DNA of 53,775 bases, counting the filler, from Sphacelaria rigidula (taxonomy: Eukaryota), in assembly GCA_964200075.2 (NCBI GenBank). It is 4 parts of 4 records of this genome, joined end to end, with 100 filler letters (N's around TTAATTAATTAA, not from the genome) between each part and the next. Parts side by side here need not be neighbours in the genome. Positions count along the whole stretch, not along the records: positions 26,940 to 40,307 come from CAXNAA020002934.1; positions 40,408 to 53,775 come from CAXNAA020002935.1; 2 more parts are not named here. The stretch is one strand, 5' to 3'. A program made the position numbers and the translations under genes. Shown here piece by piece: positions 35,901 to 47,251 of the stretch. Position 1 is the first letter of the stretch. Each line of letters begins with the position of its first letter. The notes under the pieces were generated by a model. The model was not told where the DNA came from. It did not search any database and saw only the letters and a program-made list of their open reading frames with translations.

Positions 35901-38900
35901 TTTTTTAAAAGACGGCACGAAGCGGCTAGAGCAACCGAACTGAGGAAAACAGCGCAAAACATTTTGGTGGATCATAGAACAATTATGATACATTGTGAAA
36001 AAAATAAAAAAATGATGACATCGACATATCGTCAAAAATGCTAGATACTTTCATGCTGACAAGTCGGGAATAAGCAGGAGTCATGTCCCAACCCAGGTGC
36101 AGTCACGACCCCAATAAAAAAATGGGTTAAAGTACAGTCATGATCCAAACCTGATGGGGTGAGCACTCACCGCATTGGCAATGCCAAAACCCCAAGGGGC
36201 GCTTCCGCCGCCGCCATATTCGTGCATTCGGGCGTTCTCGAGTCCCTGAAGTTTGCGCACGTTGAGCAGTGGAATAGGGAAGCAACAGGTCCGGGAGAGT
36301 GGCGACAGTGAGAGTAGCGGACAAATGGCCACCGGCGAGTCTGCGCGCTTTTACTTGTGTCGGAAAAAGCACGAACAGGGGGAGGGCAACGTCACCGACT
36401 TATGATGAGGATTTTGTGAGCGAAATTTCAAGGGTGTCTATCCAGTACACATACGCCGTACCCACAAAACGTGGGGGCTTGTAATTTTACCTTGTCCTTT
36501 GCCCAGGTAGATAACTTCTTTTGGATGCCCGTGACGGAGCGACCAATCTCCTGCATTTTCTCGTACATTTTCTCCCACACCTGAGAACAATAATAACCCC
36601 AAGTGGTGAAAAAAAAAAATGAATATGCATCAGATAGTGGCAACAAGAAAAATCAACTTGTGGTGGGGGCCTCCTGGATTTCCGTGCCTATTCTGCTCCG
36701 CGAAAAAACAAATAGTTGGAGAAATTTCTAGAGAAATAAGGGTCTATTTCTCGTGCAACAGCAAGGGAGACAGACACACGAAAACACAATTGTGTGAGGT
36801 TACGAGGTTTGGTATCAGTTTCTCCACACTACATGGCTCGTCCTTCGACAGCTTAGGCCCGTTGTAAACGCGAGCGCTGGTTCTGGAAACTTGTCGCCGA
36901 TTTCTTTTCCTTCCATTTTCCGGCCGCGGAAAAGTGAACTTCAGTTTCCGTTATCACCGGTTTTTACCCAGTTGCTACATTCCAATGTTCACGTCGTTGA
37001 GGTATCAAAATAGCATCCCAAACTTTCTCAAAATTGTCACGAAAAAAAATCAAGCAGCATTATGATTTACGGTGTAGTGCAGTTGTGGGGGCGTGGAGTG
37101 TCTGAGCCGTACATGCACTAAACCGCACAAAGAAATAACAGTGTGTTGTACCGCCGCGCCCCGGTGATCTAAATTAAAATGGTTCGACTGTCACCACCAT
37201 TAGGGTAGAGAGGACATGGGGTCGATTCCCGAAACGTTGAGCTATTTCTCCGACCTATCTGGTTTCCATCGTCGAAAGCGTGAGTACGTGAGTAAACAAA
37301 AAGTACTGGACTGAGTTTGTTTGATGAGAGTTGACGCAGCGCGGGAGTGCTGATAGTCATGACCCAATCAATCCAGGAAACGGACGTGCAAGGCGTTTGC
37401 CGGGGAGAGATGAGTTGATCCCTCGAGGCCACGGACTCGTCCCGAGGAGAGGGGGGGTTCGAAGCTCAGCAGCAACAACAACAACAACAACGAAATGCTG
37501 GTTTTCGGGAGTGTGCACCTTCCACTTCAGAGAGGGAACCTTGCGTGGAATTGTAGAACGGACAGGTGGCGTATCAAGAAGAAAAGGAAGAGGCGAAAAA
37601 AAAGTGCACGGAAACCACGCAGAGACAAGAATAATCTGGGGGAAATAGCAATCTTTCTCAACTTATGACACGCACTTTACCAAAGCACACTCACACAAAC
37701 GAATCCACTGTTCGTCTGCTTGACGGTTTTGCAAAATATCACACCCTGGCCAATAAATATGGTCAATAGATGCAATAGACCGAAAATGTACTGGATAAGG
37801 TACAGGCCCATTGCAACTACTGTCGGTCGACAACAGTCTCAATAAGCCTATACTTTACCCGGTGCACTTTCTGTCTACTGGATCTATTGACCATATATTG
37901 CCGAGGTTGTGCAAAATGTCCGCCTTTCGTGAGAAGAGGAAAGACCGCATGGCTCGACCTTGGCACACCGAAAGTGATGGCTGTTTGATTTTTTTCGGAT
38001 GTTTGCACCAGGGGAGTTCAACTGAGCGCGCAACTTCTTCTGATGCGCGACCGCCAACTATGAGAAATCCGACTTGTGCACTCGCAATCCTCATAATGAA
38101 TTGATTCATTGGTTCATTTATTGCCGCGCATCATCTGATCTCCGTGGGTTCCAGCCGCAGTAGTGTTGACCACTTGAACGATGAGAACCTTCCCAGAATT
38201 TTATTGCTTGATTTGAGTGGAAACACCGATATTCGGATCTTTAGCGAGGCTGACAGCCCCAACTACCCCTCGCGTGCGCAGAACGCATTTTCGTCAAGAT
38301 CGGCGCCTGCGTCGCCGCTTTGAGATCTGCCAACACCACACTTTGCCTAGGGAACGCTTCACACCCCCCTCGCCCGAGGGTTCCCGGTATGCCTTGGGTT
38401 GGGGTTAGGGTTAGCGTTAGCGTTATTTTTTTTAAACGATTGCGAGAAATTTCGTCATCGACCACGTGGTAAACACGACTCTCCGGTCGTGGTAATTATC
38501 CTCGTGATGGACGCAACCAAGGCATATATAAGAATGGAAACATTCCACCCCCTGGACAGTGGATTACTCTGCCAAAAAGAGTACTACCGTGTACAGTATC
38601 GACTATTGCGTCTATTGCACAAGACAATAGATTCCATATTGTACGCAGTACACTTTTTGACAATGTACTATATTGTCATTATCCATAGTGTGAAAACACT
38701 CGCTGGAGTAAACTCGAGGAAGCAAAAAGACATCGAAAAACAAAATAGAACAAACGAACGGAGTGAACTGAACGAAAAAAGAGAAGCGAGACGAGAAAGA
38801 AACAAAGACACCGAAAATGCGACTACATCCCAGGTTTTGGATACCATAGGTATACTCACCCGCGGCACACCAAAGAAGACGGTGGGCTGCACGTCCCTGA

Positions 38901-39900
38901 GGGTCACGACCAACGACCCCCTAAGGGCGTCTGGCTGAGCGAAGTACGTGCAGCTCCCGAGGTACATGGGGCCGTGAATATCTATTACCTGAGTTGGATG
39001 CAAGCAGCAAAGAGATGGGAGAGAAAATGAAGTGGTAGTACTGGCAAGGCCGGCGCGCTCGATTGAAAATGCACAAAAATCAATAGAAGGGACCAACTCG
39101 ACAAACGTGTAATACATTGTGCTCCGCACAAGCGACGAATACCGCAGGGTGCGCAGTAGTGTAACGCGGACGTCTGTGCGCTGCTTCTGAGTTGCCCGTT
39201 AGGGACATGAGAAAAGGCAGGGCATCAGTGTAGAGCAAACGCGAGCGCAGTATATATGAGCATAGAGCAAGGGCAAAAACGAATCGTCCAAACCGCTCAC
39301 TACATTAGACGAGGAGGGACAGGCCCTGCTCAAGGCGAACACGCAGCACGGAACGCACACGCACGAACAACACAAAGACGCGCGCGCGTACACACACACA
39401 CACACACACACACACAGGAACACCTCCATCGTACTTGAAACACAGAATGTGGTGTCCTGTACACACTGTGCACAGCAAATTGAGCCCTGAACTGTACATA
39501 CATCCCGGGAGAGGGACTCCTGCTGCGAAGGTCTATCTCACCACCACGGGTGGATCTGTGGGGCATCAGTTCACGTGTCACAGCCAATGAATGAACGGCT
39601 TTATCAATCGATTCTCGAAGATCTAAAGGAAGGGCGTGAACTTTATGGTGAGCAACGAACAGAAACATGGATACATAAAACAGTGACAATACGTTGATTG
39701 CGTGCGCGCGGTGATTTACAGCACCGCACATGAGTGCGCGGCAACGAAATATTACTAGTACAGTGCAAAGCCCTGATCACCACCCACAGTTTCAGACATC
39801 GAACACTCCGCGTAAGTACCTGTGCGGCGATATGGCTGAGGGGCAAATAGGACACCATTCTTGTGTTGTGATCAGCCGTCTTCATCTGCTGAAGAAACAC
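29967..39900 (-). CDS. ACSBG: Long-chain-fatty-acid--CoA ligase, bubblegum (ACSBG) family; 12 exons, 5' part missing
   Basis: Phase-consistent GT-AG exons: 39900-39820 ([11 protein letters not shown]), 38988-38860 ([17 protein letters not shown]), 36580-36491 (VWEK), 36245-36171, 35521-35438, 34937-34809 ([10 protein letters not shown]), 34599-34532 ([13 protein letters not shown]), 33230-33035 ([24 protein letters not shown]), 32305-32210, 31530-31420, 30412-30304, 30052-29967 ([14 protein letters not shown]). Confidence 0.97.
30544..30751. mobile_element. Two tandem piggyBac-like MITE copies (30544-30645, 30650-30751)
   Basis: ccct..gaccgcg ... cgcggtc..aggg units separated by ttga (TTAA-like); homologous to 12146-12243. 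Confidence 0.7.
31650..31793. mobile_element. Palindromic MITE (hAT/P-like, 8-bp TSD)
   Basis: TIRs cacaccctggacaata / tattgtccagggtgtg; TSD aataaaaa on both sides. Confidence 0.85.
34643..34699 (+). repeat. (CAGAT)n pentanucleotide tandem repeat, about 11 units
   Basis: Direct reading; intronic. Confidence 0.95.
37740..37911. mobile_element. Palindromic MITE, same terminal type as 31650-31793
   Basis: cacaccctggccaata ... tattgccgaggttgtg; TSD caaaatat / caaaatgt. Confidence 0.75.
38546..38692. mobile_element. Palindromic MITE, homolog of 31650-31793
   Basis: caccccctggaca...gccaaaaagagtac...tattgtacgcagtacacttttt...ccatagtgtg. Confidence 0.7.
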
Positions 39901-39979
39901 CTGCTAGGCCAATACGCACCAAGTCACGATGAAACAAAACATGAGGTCGAGCGGATGGGTTCGCGATGAAGACAAACTG

Positions 39980-40210
39980 AGGGAGAGGGGGGGGAGGCAT
40001 ACTCATTCGTTGCTTGCCTTCCTCGTTTGGCCATTCATTGGCCACGTATCCCTTTCGAGACGGGGCACCATTCCTACGCCTAATGGAGACACCTCCAACA
40101 TATGGGCGCTCATCCCGTTTCTTCCATACATCACACAAAAACATTTTACATATCTTATCTCCTTCCTGATTCGCCGTTTGTGGCCACCATCTATCTCCCA
40201 GTGTAGCGAG
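39980..40210 (-). mobile_element. 5'-truncated C-tailed LINE-like element (family A) flanked by C-tracts
   Basis: Encodes LGDRWWPQTANQEGDKICKMFLCDVWKKRDERP... The minus strand has a poly-C run upstream (40213-40232) and a C-rich tail. Confidence 0.8.
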
Positions 40211-40307
40211 GAGGGGGGGGGGGGGGGGGGGGCCCCCTAAAAATAAGAAAACCGGTGGGACCGACACATGGGTGTGGAACGCCAAAAATTTAGGTTTTTT
40301 TTTCCCT

Positions 40308-40407
40308 NNNNNNNNNNNNNNNNNNNNNNNNNNNNNNNNNNNNNNNNNNNNTTAATTAATTAANNNNNNNNNNNNNNNNNNNNNNNNNNNNNNNNNNNNN
40401 NNNNNNN
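40308..40407. other. Artificial contig linker
   Basis: N44-TTAATTAATTAA-N44. Confidence 0.98.
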
Positions 40408-41161
40408 GGTCTGATGACTATGGCATGCATAATCATGAGTACACCCAAACCAACCCCAAAACTTTCACGAAGAAAATGGCCATACAGCGAATGACAGGGG
40501 CTTTCAGGCTTCGTGAAGCCCCTCATGTGGGCGACATTGGCGTAAACGACCTCGAGCATGGGAGTTCCCAGCGGCTCGAGCATGGGAGTTCCCAGCGGCT
40601 CGGTGTGCTCGGGTTTCGTCATTCTGATTTACATGTAGATTTTTCCTCCTCAAACGCTTGAGATAGAATGCAGTATACGTTGTTTTTCTTCACCATATTG
40701 GACAGTTCAGTGAGTGCGCCAGGTATAGAAGTACACAGAAGACGTGCAATCTGTGGGTTGAGGCTTAAAGCAGTATTTTCACATACCCTGGCATCAACGT
40801 TTCGCACACGGTGGAACTTTCAAGACCCTTCGTGGACCCTAGCAACAAGGGAAAGAGACACGCAGTGTCATTTGCACAGCTGTGCGCTTCCTTGACGTTC
40901 AGAAAAAAAATGCCGCTTTCAATTTTTGCGAACAACTAGCTCGCCGCGCATTCCGTTTACGCTACTGCCTACAGATGTGCATGTACCATGAAGACACGCA
41001 CAGGTGGTGAACGACTGGGCGACCGACGACCGCCACTGTACGATGGCAACCAAAAGCATCTATGGATACCTCAATCTGAGGGTCGCCATACCTGTCATGC
41101 TAAAGCTCCACATACGAAGCCAACACATTTCCGAGCATATACGATGCAATCGCTGACTCAC

Positions 41162-44100
41162 CACGACGCCCTTCACAAGAACACCGTCATCATGCTTCGT
41201 GGATATGTAATTGACCGTGCAGTCTAGCACTACGGCGACTCCCCTCTGGCGCACGTGGTCTGCTATGGCACTTGCCATCGCAGCTGCTCCCCCCTGAAAC
41301 CTGACTTTCGCCGAGTCGAGGCGTTCCTTGGTTCTGAATGAAGGCAGGAACGCACGCGAGAGCGATCCCACATAAAAATAAGCATGACGTAGCGCAGCAT
41401 AAGCAAGCAGAGAGTAGCGCCGTACAGTATGTTAGTTGGAGTGCTGTCGCAACTTTCGTGTACAAACCGCATTCGGTACCCACGGGGCCGCCCACAACTG
41501 TGACCCATCCAGAGAGGTAGACTGTCAAAATTAGACGCACGGTATAGTACAGCACAATATAGTACATCACAGTACAAGGCAACTTGCGAGCACCCCGTCT
41601 CGCTGCTACGAAGGCAAGCATCCCTGTCATGCTCTGTCGTTTTTCAAAAAAATAAAACTCAAAGCTGCCTCTTTTCTCCGTAGTTTCATGCGCACATGGT
41701 TCTGTGACGGATAGAGAGATATGTTTAGCCCGTCCCGATGAAGTAGAGGTGAGAAATTCCGATGAAGTGTGAGTGAGTATTTTGGAAGATGACCACATGG
41801 GCATCGTAGGTGTGCTTCAGGACTTGACACAGTATAGCTGCGGGGGAAAGCAGCGCAAGTGATATGTGAGGACGTCATATAAAGGGAGACGCTTACAGTA
41901 CAGTCACGTCATCTGCTACAGGCAGGACGGCACAAGCAAAATAGTGCAGGACATACATGAAAACGTGCGCGACGACAGATACCATTAGGCACTCACTATC
42001 GTGCTGGCCCTCTTCCACCCAGTGGGGGTATGATTCCTTTTGAACCCGTAGAGAAGACGAGCGAAACGCTGTCGGGAGTGCTGGTTTCCTCTTCGTCCTC
42101 GTTCGTGTTGTTGGCTAACCTTCTTCTGCTGTGCGATCTTGTTGAAAATCAATCCGGTAACCACTACGAACAACACCACCTTATCAAGCGTGTCACGTCA
42201 GGACGTGCCATTACTAAAATATTAAGTGCGTTCTTATCGTTTAGAAGCGCGGCGCGGCTTATCCGCCTTGGTAGGGAGAAGAGATTATTGTGACACGAGG
42301 GGGGGGGCGAGAAGACATGCTGGAACCCCTGCAACGGTTTTTCACGACGGTAGGTCGGAGGCACGTCTCGTGAGCCCGGCGAACTTACCGTGAATTTTTC
42401 CATTGTGATAAATGTTTGGTTAAGTGACGGATCACCCGATGTGGGGTATCGGCGTGCAGATCTTCGACCGATGATACCGATGATATCGATGATACTTGGC
42501 CAGCAAAGATCAGAAATCCGCTGTCACCTGACGATACTCACGGAATGTGCTCACGTTCTCTGACACTTGATCTTTCTCTCGCGAACAAATTCGGATATAG
42601 TCCCAGCACAATAAAGAACGCGCACGCTTCAAGTTGAAACTTCTACGCAGACAGTCCACGCTTAATGCTGGCTTTGGTAGCGACGTGATCTCCACCAGTG
42701 CGACGCGTTATACGGGACAACCAATATACCGTATAACCTGACTCGCTTTATGTATGCATGCGTGGTGCGTACCTGGTCGTCGAGCTGCCGTAGTCCACGA
42801 CATTCAAGCCTTCATCATGTTGCTCAAAGGGTTTGACACCGAACCTGTTGGCCAGAAGTGGTGTTTCGTGGTGAGAAGATGTCCAACACCACGCTCCACC
42901 CACATCGACACCTACCAACATCCACACGCAGCGAACGTCACGTACGAAAAACAGGCCGGTATAACAAAAAAAAACGCGAACAAGGTGGTTGACTAGTTCC
43001 GCCGAATTGGTAATACTTTCATCGGCGTTGTACTTCGAAGTAGATCGGTAAAACATTTTATATGTCAAAACTGCACCCCGATTCGGGGGAGATGCGGGAG
43101 GGTCCCGATCTGTGCAGAAAGGTGAAAAACCAAAAATCAACATCCAGAGAATCGGAAAATTGATCTGGTTTCCTCACAGCTAGCCCAAAAACATGACCCA
43201 ACGGACTGGGGACCGAAAAATCAATTCACGGGAGAAAATCGTCTGTAGACGGGCTGAAATCCTCATATTTGTACGAATACGGATTGGTTGCCATAAAAAA
43301 TGGCCGTTTTTACGGCATAAACTCGAACAAAAACTAGGGGGCATTCTTGCAGTAGTCGCCGGGACTGGTTCTCGGATGCCGAACCGGTCGTGGAACCGAT
43401 GCCAACAGTGGAGTAATGTTTAGACCATTTGACTGTTTTTTCAGGTGTAACCGTTTTATGCACGTGGTATATGCTGTTGGACACGCCCAACCATATCACG
43501 GTCACATAGCCGAAATCTCATAAGCTTGCCCAGGTCATCTGGGAAATACCGACTTTACCCAAATCACCCGAGTGATTGACAGTAACTTTTGCCGATCCAA
43601 ATTGCGTGCCGGAAGAGTCGGTCAAAGCTTGAAATAGGTTGCTTGAGCACGACCAGCCGAAATCCGAAGCCTAACGATAACTCTACTTGTCGTGCTTGTC
43701 AGTATTTCTATGTTGCCGTTTATTATCTAACTTCCTTCTCCCACACCCGACGGGCAAGCTTGGACTTGTAGTCTAGAATTATTTATTTATTTATTTATGG
43801 CGCCCGCCAAAGAGATAAACGTTTCGAGAGATTCTGCTGACGGCACCAGTGTACCCCAGCACTGTCCTACGACTGCCCATAAACCACTCTTGTTCTGACA
43901 CAGGCTCAAACGGAAGCGCCCGCGAGTATGAAGTCCAAGGTTGTGTTCTGTAGGGTACTGTTTTCTGTTTACCCGGGATCTTTTTCTGGGTATTAATCGT
44001 ACCCGACAGTTCCGTAAAGTTTGTAGCACTTTCATACCGGCACCCGACAGTTCTGTAATCTATATGTAAGACTTTCATACTGTCTTTCATACCCTTAACT

Positions 44101-44826
44101 GATAGCTCTGTAAGTTCTGTAAGCCTCCCGTACCGTTTCCGGAGAGCATGAGTATGCTCTTGATAAGACACTCGATTGCGGATACGGTTTCCTGTGCTAC
44201 CTCTATACCCTTCCCGACAGTTTCTGTGAGTTCTGCAAGCCTCCCATACCCTCACCCGACAGATCTGTGAGTTCTGTACATGATATTTACCCGTACCCGG
44301 AGCGCAAGTATGCTCTTAAAGAAATACCCGATTGCCGGTGCGGTTTTCTGTAAGCCTCCAATACAGTACCCGACAGGTTCTGTACTGTCTGTAAAAATTT
44401 CAAAGCGGTACTCAAAAGTTTCGTAATTTCTGTAAGACCTCCATACCGGTACCCGATATTTCTGTATGGTCTGTAGGGAATCTCATACCCTACAGGACAT
44501 ACCCGTACCCGACGAACACAACCTTGAGAAACTCGATATATCACCCCCGCAAAAGCCGACCAAAGTGCACAAGAGTACGGCTGTCGAAATATAGGCAATA
44601 TGCTGCCCCGTACGCACACTCACCCAAGACTATACACACGTGGGGCTACCGTAATATGCCAAGCGCCGGCCACTTTTGTACCTTCATGCGCGAATAGCCT
44701 GCCTCCCACCCTTTTCCGTCCCTCTAAAACGATGATTGCTGTCGCTTGAACTCCGAGGTCCAGGAGGTGAAGCGCCGACACTAAGCCGGAGAGACCAGCG
44801 CCGACGATCACCACATCCACTGGCAT
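41162..44826 (-). CDS. Flavin-containing amine oxidase (short, bacterial-like monoamine oxidase family); first 3 exons, 3' part not resolved
   Basis: Exons 44826-44682 (MPVDVVIVGAGLSGL...EGRKRVGGRL), 42911-42773 (GVDVGGAWCW...FEQHDEG) and 41333-41162 (VRFQGGAAAMASAIA...VVLDCTVNYI). Intron phases 1 and 2 are compatible. Confidence 0.9.
43936..44526. mobile_element. MITE with tctgtaag/tacccg subrepeats
   Basis: TIRs caaggttgtgttc / gaacacaaccttg; degenerate 8-bp flanks. Confidence 0.75.
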
Positions 44827-45445
44827 CCCTTTTTTCCCCCTTCGTCTTTGCCTGTGGTGCTTAAAGGCGGCGGTAGTGCTGACCCTTTCGCGATAATGTA
44901 ACAACCGCTTCCGTTACTCTGTCGTGCTGAATACGGAGAGGAGGTGGATACGTGAATACAATAGTAGTAGTAACGGTTTCCGCAGAGCTCGATGTTCGCA
45001 ATTTCGGCCCACAGGCTGTACTGTGGATGCCCAAAGAATCGCAGAAAAATGCACCAGATATTTTCGACAATTAGCTAGGTGAACTTGTGTGGGCGTGCTA
45101 ATCCCTGGGCAGCTCACCCCTGGAGTAAGCTGCAGCTCATCTGTATGGGAAGTTGTGGACTGATTGCGGGTAAAACAACTCCCCGCGTGTTCTACGAAGA
45201 TTGCGACAAGACACACCCGAAAAGTCACTTATTGGGCCGCGTTCGCCCCTTTCTCCTGTGGCCGATGGATGGGGCCCACCTGTGAGCATCTGTTTCTATC
45301 TTATCTACAGTATACAATTCATGCTGTACAGGAACGGTGAAGAGAGGGTGAGTGAGCGTTTGAGAATCTTGTGGAATAAGCGGTCACTACCGCGTCGTCT
45401 CTCACATATGGGATGTATATACATGGTAGAAGGTTGCAACGGGCC
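44827..45445. promoter_or_regulatory. Probable bidirectional promoter region
   Basis: About 620 nt between the divergent start codons of the amine oxidase (-) and the Trm11-like gene (+). Positional inference only. Confidence 0.5.
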
Positions 45446-47041
45446 ATGAGCTCAAGCTTTGCTCTGTGGTCGCTGAGGCCAACAACAACGTTTCGGCTGC
45501 AAGGATGTACGAGCACCAGCGTGTACGGGAGTGTCGTGCAACGTGTCTCGGCCAGAGCTCTGCGATTGTGCGCGTTTCGAGGAAGGAGTAGGCATACTAC
45601 CGGGTTTGCGCCTTTGGACAAGTTTGAACTGCCGGAGCGGGAGCTGCTGGCTGCTGCAAACGTTGATCGCCGACACCAAAACCACCGCATGAGTTTCAGG
45701 CCAACTGCGGGTTCAGAGGTGTTTCAATGGGTGGAGTCGTGTTTGGACGATACCGAAATCACCGACGCAGCATCCAGGTACATGCCGTAATGTACGATGC
45801 AAAATAGCTTTGTTCGGTACGCACGGCCGTGATTGTCAGGATCATGCGACGTTGTTTCTACGGCTCCTACAGGAGTCCCCGTAAATTGGAATCAAGACAC
45901 CAATGATCACTTGGATCAATCCTAGCTTACTATACGAGCATGACGTCCATGTGTAGACAGGAAGAAAGCGGTTCCGGCCACACTGTATTGAATTCGGACA
46001 GGGCGCTGTCGCGCTTACCGTGCTTTCGAATAGTGCCTAGCCACACATAACGTTTTCGTGAGATTGAGAGTAGAGGATACGATTGAGAGTGAAAAGCGGT
46101 CAGTTAGTGATTGAATCGTTTCAGTTCCGAAATGCCCCTCCTCGAGGGCCGATATGTTTTTTGTATTAGCTTGCCTCTGAGGCCCTTGATATCCCTGAGT
46201 AGGATATCGACGTGTAGCTGTGAGCACATGCTAGTGTTCGAGGCAAAGAAAAGCACACACGGAATGAAAACATGGCTAGGTTAGAGAGAATAACCGAAGT
46301 CACTCTCAATCAGCGATCTACTCTCGATCTTACCAAAACGTTGTTACATGTATCTCGTTTTTGTTCAGTTCACTAGACTTGCTCTACATTTCTTCGACTT
46401 CGTTCTTTCTCGAGTTTCCTTTACCTGCAACGAATGTTTTCGTCTTGTTCACAGTATCTTGGGTACGTTCATCGTGTGACCATCGTGTGACCCCGGCTGG
46501 ATCCCTTAGGGGTCAGTGAACACATGACAAGCACAGCGGAGTTAAGTTTTGAAGTCCTTAGACTATTTATCTTGTGAAACAGCGTTTACGCGCGTATGAC
46601 GTATTTTACACGACAAACATGTGATGACCATATTACCAAAAGCCCCGTAAGTTTGGCCCAGGTTATCCGATAAATCCAATTTCGCCCAAAATATCAAATC
46701 GCTCGAGTGATCAAACGTAGCTTTCTAGATCCGGGTCGCCTGACGTAAGAATCGGCCTCTGTCTGGTATACTGCAATCCTCAAAACTCGGTTGTTGCTGC
46801 CGAGTACACACGAAATGATATCTGGCATTCGAGTGCTGGTGTAATTGAATGTGACCAGCGGCGGTACACTGCCGGTGCAATCAATCTGTGGACCTGCTGC
46901 TTCTGTCTCCGCATGATTGCAATCACTAGACGCACCCTGGAACTCTTCTGAACCAGGTGCGTACTTCTGCATGGCGTGTTCGAAGTATGGGGGTACGGCA
47001 AGACAAAGGACGAAGCGGCAGCTGACCTGTCCAGGTCAGTG

Positions 47042-47075
<34 letters not shown>

Positions 47076-47217
47076 GGGGGCGAGGGCGAAGTGCAGGGAA
47101 CACCTCCAAACACGCCGCACAAGCCGGGCTCAAAGCNNNNNNNNNNGTGACGGGGGAGGGGTTGGGCGAGGGGGTGGGGGAGGAAGACAGAGGGGGGGCG
47201 GGGGGCCGGGGGGGGGT

Positions 47218-47251
<34 letters not shown>

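Noticed and set aside
40551..40602. 24-bp tandem duplication (ctcgagcatgggagttcccagcgg x2)
   Set aside because: Simple local slippage with no further structure.
40786..40838. Possible fourth exon of the amine oxidase
   Set aside because: The best acceptor gives a stop in phase 0. An in-frame version needs a weaker AAG acceptor and shows no diagnostic motif.
17123..44826. Apparent lipid/amine metabolic cluster (lipase + acyl-CoA synthetase + amine oxidase)
   Set aside because: The three genes are on different, artificially joined contigs.
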